A DNA stretch of 64,000 nt from a virus: positions 32,001-96,000 of the IMG/VR virus record IMGVR_UViG_3300030419_007002; one strand, given 5' to 3'. The notes below the pieces were generated by a model that was given only the letters and a program-made list of their open reading frames with translations, did not search any database and was not told the origin of the DNA. The position numbers and the translations under genes were made by a program. Positions 45,777 through 53,406 of the stretch are shown piece after piece. Position 1 is the first letter of the stretch. Each line of letters starts with the position of its first letter.

Positions 45777-47417
45777 TTAATTAAATCCTATTTCCCCCGC
45801 TCCTCCGCCTTGGTTTATTGGTTTTTTCATAACAAAGACTGAGTTTTCCCAAGTCGCGTCTCCTATGGGTGTTTGAACCATTATAGAATAAAGCCCAGCG
45901 CCCGGATCTGGAGAGCTATCATGCGGGAAGCTAGCTTCCGCGGGAAGATCGAAAGAGACTACGTCTCCGCCTTCTTCGTCTCCCCCGATGAAGGTTCCCT
46001 CCCCGCCGTAAGGATTAGAAGCCTCTCCTTCGTAAGTTATGACTTCGCTTCCTATTAATTTTATGCCAGTTGCAATACCTAAATTTTTTCCACTTAACAC
46101 AATCCTACTACCGCCCCGATAAGAGTCTGAGGGCTTAACGTTTATTGTGCCTTTGTTATATATTTCCGGTAAACCCGGATTAACTATGAATATACCCGTA
46201 GAAAAATAAGATCCTCTTCCCGCGTTTTCAGATTTTTTGATATAAACTGGTCCGCTTTTCGCCCCCAAGGGTATGGAACCAGTTATTGTTGTGTTATTTA
46301 TTTTGTTAAATTGAGAATAAACCTCGCTCCTATCATTCGAAGTAAAATAAACAGATAGCCCACTGGGGTCCAATATCCTAAAGTATCCACTCCCTCCGTA
46401 CCCAGTGTTTTTTACATCATAATAATATAATTTATCCGGAGCATCATCGTAAAGAGTTAGTTGCGCATAAGGTTGCCACGAGATCCCCGTATGGGAATAC
46501 CCAGTCACACCAGCGATGCCGTGTTGAGAAAAACCAGAGTAATCATACAAACCAGAAAAAACTCCAGTAGACCCAGTGATTGCGTGTGCACCGTCTACCC
46601 TTTCTGAAACCGCAAATGCATTACCCGAGTTTGAGATATGCATGGTACTAAAATAGTATGTATGATTTCTAAACAAGGTAATTATCGGGCAGCCATCGGC
46701 AATGCCCGTACTATATCCACTGCGTTGAATATAATATTTATTACCTACCCCAGAGGATTCGCCCTGATTAACACGAATTTCATATAGATTTCCAGAATCA
46801 GAAAAATCAGAAAATAATTCATCGAAAAAATATTGTCCATATATACCGACAGAATTACCAGTGTCTCCACTAGTTAAACTAAATCCTGTTATTTTAACTT
46901 CTGGAATAAAAAATTGATCATGGTATCCCGTTACGCCAGACTGTCCGAATAAAGAAATTTTACCATATGTATTTCCAGAGGGTATAGTCAACGTTATTCC
47001 CGTATTTGAATCGACAGTTAAATCGCAATTTAAATTGTTTATGGTAGCCCCAGTTATCCCAGAAAAACAATTACCCGTAACAGAAACCGTTTCTCCAGAT
47101 ATACCAAATATAGGAGCAAAAGAATTGATCCTAGGCGCAGGCACAAATTTGTCGATAGTATAACCACTAACGCCGGTGGAAAAACCAGAGGCCCCGCTTA
47201 TGTCCCCTGACGCGTAGCTAACCAAATTGTCAGATACGAGCCAAATGTTATCCCAAGCAGCGTTTTCCGGAACCGTAGTCCTTATTAAATTCTTGTCTAT
47301 TATTTGAAAATCAGATTCAGCAGAAGAAAATAAAACACGCTCTACGGGTAACAAATAATCTCCAGATATAGATATCTGATCACCTATGCTGCCGCTAATT
47401 TCCCCTAAAGTAATCAT
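45777..47417 (-). CDS. IPT/TIG Ig-like repeat virion protein with a cupredoxin-like insert, SG/TG-rich
   Basis: PRINSFAPIFGISGETVSVTG..., ITGSIPLGAKSGPV; insert PIITLFRNHTYYF...DAPDKLYYY. Confidence 0.7.
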   Translation of the reverse strand: MITLGEISGSIGDQISISGDYLLPVERVLFSSAESDFQIIDKNLIRTTVPENAAWDNIWLVSDNLVSYASGDISGASGFSTGVSGYTIDKFVPAPRINSFAPIFGISGETVSVTGNCFSGITGATINNLNCDLTVDSNTGITLTIPSGNTYGKISLFGQSGVTGYHDQFFIPEVKITGFSLTSGDTGNSVGIYGQYFFDELFSDFSDSGNLYEIRVNQGESSGVGNKYYIQRSGYSTGIADGCPIITLFRNHTYYFSTMHISNSGNAFAVSERVDGAHAITGSTGVFSGLYDYSGFSQHGIAGVTGYSHTGISWQPYAQLTLYDDAPDKLYYYDVKNTGYGGSGYFRILDPSGLSVYFTSNDRSEVYSQFNKINNTTITGSIPLGAKSGPVYIKKSENAGRGSYFSTGIFIVNPGLPEIYNKGTINVKPSDSYRGGSRIVLSGKNLGIATGIKLIGSEVITYEGEASNPYGGEGTFIGGDEEGGDVVSFDLPAEASFPHDSSPDPGAGLYSIMVQTPIGDATWENSVFVMKKPINQGGGAGEIGFN

Positions 47418-48631
47418 GATATTTCTCTTTGCTTTACGTAGAGAATTTTAGAATTAGATGGCCCGCCTATACCGTAAGCCCTGACCAATGCACGAGCATC
47501 AGCGGTCCAACCACGACTACGGCGGTGAATATCTTCTGGAATTTTTACATATTGTATTTCAGATTCTTTTACGGCCCCGCTTATATCTGCATTAGAACCA
47601 TTCATTTCTATTTCAGAGACAGTATCTAAACCAATACCATGTATAGTAATATATTCTCCCGGGTATACAAAATCTTTCGTTCCCGTGACAGAAAAATAAG
47701 TTATGCTAGGCGCTCTACCCACTGTAGACTGAGAAATATTTAATCTACCCCCTACTTTACTATTTGGCTCTACCGAGTAACTCTTGTCTGTCAACTTACC
47801 AGATATTAAAAACTCATCATGTAAATTACCGTTAAAGTCATGGGTCTTTAAGCACAGGTTGACATGTTCACCAGAGTAAGGAATTTTTATCCCTGTGTCA
47901 TTAGTATCTATAGTAAGATTTATATTCTTTTCTCCGAACCTTATTTCTTTAGGGTATATTTCTCCCACCCTTAAGCATGGTTCCACTGAGGATTCGAAGG
48001 AATAATCTAGGCCAAGGATATTGTCAGTAGTAATGCCGATGGGCTCGTCATAATAAAAATTATCTATAGTTAAGTCATCGTATTTTAGAAACTCTACTTC
48101 TTTTGGTAAAACATTATTTTCGCCATCTAAAACAACTGTCGATTCTTCTATTCCATGAAAAAAAGATATACTTGCTTTAACATCAATAGGGGTATTAGGT
48201 CTAGCGCTTAAAGAGTAAGATGTTAGATATCCACTTCTTATTATGTTTTCACCTATTTTGAAGGTCATGTTCGGAAACCCATCAAAATTTAAATTCTTAT
48301 ATAAAGGAAACGATGCATCGTCACTATTACCAATTTTTTCTTTTTCATTTAAAAAATAATATTTTTTTAATGGATCCTGTCCAGTCAGAAGATAGCTTAA
48401 TTGTATACTTCCCCTAGGGCTAGTATTAGCTAGCGGTTCTTCTGGACTCCTTCTTTCAGTTAAATAAGAATTACTTAAGGAAACGCTATTAGAAATTTCT
48501 ACAGAAGTTGCATATATGTGCTCTAACGGATAATCACCCTGCTGCTCCCAGCGGTCAATATCCCACCAAGGTTGATGCAAAGATGGCGCAAAAAATACCT
48601 TTACATCTTTAGATTGTAAATATTTACCCAT
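47414..48631 (-). CDS. Putative tail structural protein with C-terminal IPT/TIG domain
   Basis: Beta-rich duplicated core; C-terminal APSITYF....PGEYITIHG.GL..V; heads the structural gene run. Confidence 0.5.
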   Translation of the reverse strand: MGKYLQSKDVKVFFAPSLHQPWWDIDRWEQQGDYPLEHIYATSVEISNSVSLSNSYLTERRSPEEPLANTSPRGSIQLSYLLTGQDPLKKYYFLNEKEKIGNSDDASFPLYKNLNFDGFPNMTFKIGENIIRSGYLTSYSLSARPNTPIDVKASISFFHGIEESTVVLDGENNVLPKEVEFLKYDDLTIDNFYYDEPIGITTDNILGLDYSFESSVEPCLRVGEIYPKEIRFGEKNINLTIDTNDTGIKIPYSGEHVNLCLKTHDFNGNLHDEFLISGKLTDKSYSVEPNSKVGGRLNISQSTVGRAPSITYFSVTGTKDFVYPGEYITIHGIGLDTVSEIEMNGSNADISGAVKESEIQYVKIPEDIHRRSRGWTADARALVRAYGIGGPSNSKILYVKQREIS

Positions 48632-48661
48632 TAATTCCTTATTCCTTGATATTAATTACAC

Positions 48662-49486
48662 CTATAGCTTGTATACTTCCTTGCTAAGAAGCTTATATTC
48701 TGCCCATAATTTATCTCTAACCCCCGGGTCCTCGTTAAAAGAAAGGCTCCCCTTTCTCCTAAAGTAAGTATAAGTTTCTACACCGTTAGCTGGACAAGCA
48801 AATATGCCAGCCTTATGCATCTCTTCCCACAGCAGAAGATCTTCATGAGCCATTAAACCTTCATGAAATAATTTTCCGTCCTCTGGTATAAGGGATTCGT
48901 GCATGAGAGTTGCCCAAGGGCCGAACCTTTTATTCATCACGTTTTTTTTTGCTTGGTGAGTAGTCCTAATCCATTCTTTTGGGGTTTCGGCCTCTATAGT
49001 GTAGTCTCCTACTACAAATTTTTTATTATGTTTTTTAGCGAAACTTATTAATCCCCTAGCTTTTCCATCGTGAACCTCGTCATCTGCATCGCAAAGCAAT
49101 ATAGCTGGATAATCTTTTCTATAATGATTTATTTCTTTAATTATTCTATTTTTTGCCTGTGCGGCGCTCTCCGCTTTGCTAAAATAATGGGATTCAAAAA
49201 CGTCTGCACTACAATATTTTTTATTATGATCTATTCTATCTTGAGTTTCGTCTGTCGAGCCGTCATTTGCCAACAGAAAAACCCAATTTAAGCCACTCAT
49301 GGACCGTTCTACGCTTTCCAAAGCTCTGGTCAACCACTCGTTAGCGTTATGGGCAGACATCACCACCTGAAAGCCTGTATTTTTCCATAGTTGTTCGGGG
49401 GCATTTTTATTTAAGTTTATAAATTTTTTATGCCTGTCTATTAGAGTTTCTTCGGGTTTTCTAGGCTTCTTCAGTACATGAGCCAT
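48662..49486 (-). CDS. GT2 glycosyltransferase
   Basis: VVMSAHNA, NDGSTDET, AKN, CDADD, HEDL, YFRR. Confidence 0.85.
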   Translation of the reverse strand: MAHVLKKPRKPEETLIDRHKKFINLNKNAPEQLWKNTGFQVVMSAHNANEWLTRALESVERSMSGLNWVFLLANDGSTDETQDRIDHNKKYCSADVFESHYFSKAESAAQAKNRIIKEINHYRKDYPAILLCDADDEVHDGKARGLISFAKKHNKKFVVGDYTIEAETPKEWIRTTHQAKKNVMNKRFGPWATLMHESLIPEDGKLFHEGLMAHEDLLLWEEMHKAGIFACPANGVETYTYFRRKGSLSFNEDPGVRDKLWAEYKLLSKEVYKL

Positions 49487-49555
49487 ATTGAATATTACAT
49501 TGTTTTCTGATCTAAAGCCAATAAAAGTGTAAATAAAATAAGGAAAAAGGAAAAA

Positions 49556-50125
49556 GTGCCATCTATATACGACATACCTAATTGGGTCTATTCAGCGACC
49601 CAGACATATGAGAAAAACTCTATAGTTTATTATCATATTGGGACTGCTGCAGAGAAAGAAGACCCCTATCATCCTAATGGCAAATATTATTATGCATCCG
49701 AATATTTAGACAAACATAATAATTGGAACCCAGTAGAATCACAGGGCAGGGCGTATTGGTACGGAAGGACGATCATGAATAATTTGAATATGCCTCATTT
49801 TTTTTGGTCGCCCTCTTATTCTGCCACGGTCTCTATGCAGCCAGCAAATAAAAGCATAGTGTTTGGGGACGGATACGAACAGAGTTCGTCAGAAAGCTTA
49901 TCTGATCCACTCCTTATGCTAAACCTCAAATTTGAAAATAGGGATGACTATGAAGCTGCTGCTATAAATCATTTTTTAGATAATGCTGGAGGAATTCAAA
50001 AATTTGTCTTTAGAGCTCCTCGCCCGTTTTCATCTAGAAAGGTTTTTGTATGTAGGGATTGGTCCAGTTCGTACACCTACAAAAACAATCATTCGATATC
50101 TGCTACATTCGAGGAGGTAATATAA
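49556..50125 (+). CDS. Minor tail protein, lambda gpM-like, with N-terminal CBM-like module
   Basis: FGDGYEQ, LKF..R...EA.AI..FL...G...F.F..P, F.C..W, ISATFEEV; GTG start after AAGG-rich RBS. Confidence 0.85.
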   Translation: MPSIYDIPNWVYSATQTYEKNSIVYYHIGTAAEKEDPYHPNGKYYYASEYLDKHNNWNPVESQGRAYWYGRTIMNNLNMPHFFWSPSYSATVSMQPANKSIVFGDGYEQSSSESLSDPLLMLNLKFENRDDYEAAAINHFLDNAGGIQKFVFRAPRPFSSRKVFVCRDWSSSYTYKNNHSISATFEEVI

Positions 50126-50712
50126 TGTCGTCATCGATATATAATATAGAAACTTGGGATGGAGATAGAAATTATAATCCTAATGATATAGTTGAAAAAA
50201 ACGGTCACTATTATTACGCGAAACAGCACATTGTTAGCTGTAGTACGTGCGAACCCCATCATAACGATGGGGAATGGGCGGGATATATTAAATCAAAAAA
50301 TGATTGGCGCCCGCATTTTACTTGGATTCCCTCTTACGATTCATCAATTAATTTTAAACCAAGGGCAAGGAGAGTAAGATACGGAGATTCATCAGTAGAG
50401 CAAAGACTAAAGGACGGCCTAAATACAGATTTAATAAGCTTAAATTTAAAATTTGATAAAAGAGAAATAAATGAATCAACTGCTATATTGCACTTCCTTC
50501 ATAAACGAGCCGCACAGGAACCATTTGTTTTTGATCCTCCAGCACCATTTAATTTTCCAGATGGCGCCGGAGGGATGAGCAACAATACAAAACATTATAG
50601 AATCTTTTTGTGCAAAGATTGGTCGAGTACTTATAATTTTCATGATAATTATACCATTTCTGCCACCTTTACAGAAATAGCAAATTACCATAACAAGGGG
50701 GCAATATTATAA
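50125..50712 (+). CDS. Second gpM-like minor tail protein with N-terminal CBM-like module
   Basis: W.....Y.PNDIV..NG.YYYA, YGDSSVEQR..DGLN, F.F.PP, C..W, ISATFTEI; ATG after GAGGAGGT, TAATG overlap. Confidence 0.85.
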   Translation: MSSSIYNIETWDGDRNYNPNDIVEKNGHYYYAKQHIVSCSTCEPHHNDGEWAGYIKSKNDWRPHFTWIPSYDSSINFKPRARRVRYGDSSVEQRLKDGLNTDLISLNLKFDKREINESTAILHFLHKRAAQEPFVFDPPAPFNFPDGAGGMSNNTKHYRIFLCKDWSSTYNFHDNYTISATFTEIANYHNKGAIL

Positions 50713-50713
50713 A

Positions 50714-52018
50714 ATGAACAAACAAGAGGCAAAAGTTGCATCCAAAAGAATACGCGAGGAATCTTCTAAGCTTAACCACGCACCCTTGGTTACTCTTTTC
50801 GAGATAGATCTTTCAGAAATAGCTATTGACGAAACCCTATCTAGAAATTTAAGGTTAGCATCGGCCACTCAAGCTTTAGCTGCTGTGCCGGATATGATAT
50901 TTCGTTTTCATAATAATATGAGTTTACTAAAACCAACGGTGGGAGCAGGAGCAGTAATCGCTCCCCCCATATGGTTTGGGGGAGTAAAATACGTAGCCGC
51001 ACCGATACAGGCGTCCGGCTTTGAGGTCAGCACAAAAGGTACATTACCTAGGCCAAAGTTGAGCTTGACAGTAAACACAGAAGGGGTAGAATTTATTTCT
51101 ATTTTAAAAAACCTAATGAAAGATTTGGGGGATTTATCGAACGCTAAGGTCACAAGGATCAGAACTTTTTCAAAATATTTAGACTACCAAAATTTTTATG
51201 TCACAAATGGGGATGGAAGCAAGGCTACCCCAGAAAGAACTATTGTAGAAAGAATTCCAGATGACTTGACTCCTGACCCCAATGCTACATTGCCGAAGGA
51301 CATTTATTATATAGACAGAAAATCTATGGAAGATAAACAGTCTCTTGAATTTGAATTGTCTTCTATTTTAGAGCTAGACGGCATGGTTCTACCCTCTAGG
51401 CTCATGGCTCAGAGAAGGTGTACATTTAATTACAGAGGCGAAGGTTGTTGTTACGAATACGGACAAGATAATAATGATAACCAATGCTTTAGCGTAGCAG
51501 ATTGGAAAAAAATCCATAGATCAACGGGGGCGTCTCATGAATTAAATCTCCCAAATCTCGCCCCGCCAATGGCTAATGAAAAAGACGAACTGCTAGGTGG
51601 GAGTAAGGGGGTTGTGCGGAATAAAAAAACAGACAGCGGCGGAAATGATATCAGCGATGATTTTTATGTTTCAAATAGTAACACCAACAAGCCAAACTGC
51701 TGGAAAAAGAACACGGTGTATCCGCCCAAGAGTGCAGTTTATATAAATGTAGCTGGAATTAATTATTACTATGTAGCAAAATTTTGGGACTGTGATGCCG
51801 ATGGTAACAACTGCGGCAACACAAGCGTCCCATCGAACGAACCCCCGCCTAATACTAAATACTGGGAACCCGACGTTTGCTCCAAAACGATAAAAGGATG
51901 TAAAATAAGATGGAATGCAGGTACGCCAGCAGGTATGTCATCTAGTAATCCATTTAAAGGGAGCGCGGGCGTTCATTTACCCTTTGGGGGTTGGCCCGGA
52001 ATAAATAGAAAAGCATAA
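50714..52018 (+). CDS. Minor tail protein, lambda gpL-like (Fe-S Cys)
   Basis: LFEIDL, PIQASGFE..G.LPRPKL, RIRT..KYLD, EFELSS, C..NYRG..C, D.CSK...GC..R, LPFGGWPG. Confidence 0.92.
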   Translation: MNKQEAKVASKRIREESSKLNHAPLVTLFEIDLSEIAIDETLSRNLRLASATQALAAVPDMIFRFHNNMSLLKPTVGAGAVIAPPIWFGGVKYVAAPIQASGFEVSTKGTLPRPKLSLTVNTEGVEFISILKNLMKDLGDLSNAKVTRIRTFSKYLDYQNFYVTNGDGSKATPERTIVERIPDDLTPDPNATLPKDIYYIDRKSMEDKQSLEFELSSILELDGMVLPSRLMAQRRCTFNYRGEGCCYEYGQDNNDNQCFSVADWKKIHRSTGASHELNLPNLAPPMANEKDELLGGSKGVVRNKKTDSGGNDISDDFYVSNSNTNKPNCWKKNTVYPPKSAVYINVAGINYYYVAKFWDCDADGNNCGNTSVPSNEPPPNTKYWEPDVCSKTIKGCKIRWNAGTPAGMSSSNPFKGSAGVHLPFGGWPGINRKA

Positions 52019-52735
52019 ATGATTTTACACAGAAACATTAAAGATAAAATCAAGGACTACTCCCTTAGGGAAAGCCCAAATGAATGCTGTGGTCTTATTG
52101 TTAATGATCAATCTAAGGGTGATATAGTTTTTTTATGTAAAAATATATCAGATAACCCTAGAGTTCATTTCGAAATAGACACGAAGGATTATTTAAGGGC
52201 GAGCCAATTAGGGGAAATAGTTGCCGTTTTTCATTCGCACGTGAATGGAGATAGTCAATTCTCAGAGCTAGACAAGCAGGTCAGCAATGGGTTAGAAATT
52301 CAGTCTATACTTTACTCCGTAAAAGAAAATAAATTTAATGTATATTATCCTAACGATTATACAAATGAGTATGTGGGAAGAAAATTTGAAATAGGAAAAT
52401 CTGATTGCTTTTCTGTAATGAGAGATTTCTTTATGAAAGAATTAAACATTTTTGTAAATAATTATCACAGAGATCAAGACTGGCAAAAGAAAACTCCTCA
52501 CATATATGATCATAGTTATGAAAAAGAGGGGTTTATAAAGGTAGAGGATGGAACATTGAAAAAATATGATTGCATTTTATTTAAGTTTTTAAAAAATACA
52601 GAACATATAGCAGTTTATTTAGGCGATGATTTAATATTACATCAACCCAGAGGAAAAGAATCATTAATAGAAAAATATTCCCCCTCTCTCGAGAGGAGAA
52701 AAAGTTACATCATAAGACATAGGAGTCTAGCATGA
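52019..52735 (+). CDS. Tail assembly protein, lambda gpK-like (JAB/MPN + NlpC/P60)
   Basis: PNECCG, HSH......S..D JAB motif; DCF, H.AVYLG, LHQ. Confidence 0.92.
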   Translation: MILHRNIKDKIKDYSLRESPNECCGLIVNDQSKGDIVFLCKNISDNPRVHFEIDTKDYLRASQLGEIVAVFHSHVNGDSQFSELDKQVSNGLEIQSILYSVKENKFNVYYPNDYTNEYVGRKFEIGKSDCFSVMRDFFMKELNIFVNNYHRDQDWQKKTPHIYDHSYEKEGFIKVEDGTLKKYDCILFKFLKNTEHIAVYLGDDLILHQPRGKESLIEKYSPSLERRKSYIIRHRSLA

Positions 52736-53400
52736 AAAGCAATTTAACAAAAATAAAACTTCACGGAAAACTCGGCAAGCAGGTGGGTAAAAATTTTAAT
52801 TTATCTATCGGTAGCGTAAGCGAAGCCATGCATGCGGTAGATATTTGCTCTGGAAGAAAACTTTATAAAAACTTAATCGAAAACGACAAAAAAAATATAA
52901 AGTATCGAGTCCTAGTTAATGGAAAAGATATAATAGACCAAGACAAAACCCCCCTCGATCCGAATAAGCCGAACACAATAAGAGATTCAGACATAACATT
53001 AAATAGAAAAAATATAAAAAGCATAGATATAATACCCGTCGTAGAAGGAGCAGACTCCGGCTTTTGGGAAACTGCATTAGTTGTAGTAGGGGCAATACTT
53101 TTTATCGGTGGTATGTTTTATGGTTGGGGCGTTGCGACAGCAATGTTGGGGTCAGGGCTTTTACTACAAGGCATAAGTTCTATGATGATGGACCCGCCAG
53201 AGTTTGACGATTTTAGAGAGATTGAACAAGTAAATAAAAGATCTTCATATCTTTTCAACGGACCCCAAAACACCGTAAATGAAGGAGGCCCAATTCCTGT
53301 TTTGTATGGCAGGCTTTTGATAGGGTCACAGACAGTAGGGGCGTCTTACGATATCCAATACGTGGACGCAGAAGAAGAAGGAAGTAATATAACCACATAA
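52732..53400 (+). CDS. Tail assembly protein, lambda gpI-like
   Basis: IKLHGKLG, S.SEA, IIPVVEGA, hydrophobic stretch, SYLFNGPQNT..EG.PIPVLYG.L.IGS. Confidence 0.92.
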   Translation: MKSNLTKIKLHGKLGKQVGKNFNLSIGSVSEAMHAVDICSGRKLYKNLIENDKKNIKYRVLVNGKDIIDQDKTPLDPNKPNTIRDSDITLNRKNIKSIDIIPVVEGADSGFWETALVVVGAILFIGGMFYGWGVATAMLGSGLLLQGISSMMMDPPEFDDFREIEQVNKRSSYLFNGPQNTVNEGGPIPVLYGRLLIGSQTVGASYDIQYVDAEEEGSNITT

Positions 53401-53406
53401 AATATT

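Noticed and set aside
50059-50124. Longer N-terminus for the second gpM as given in the ORF track
   Set aside because: A strong GAGGAGGT RBS and TAATG overlap support the ATG at 50125, matching the paralogue's start
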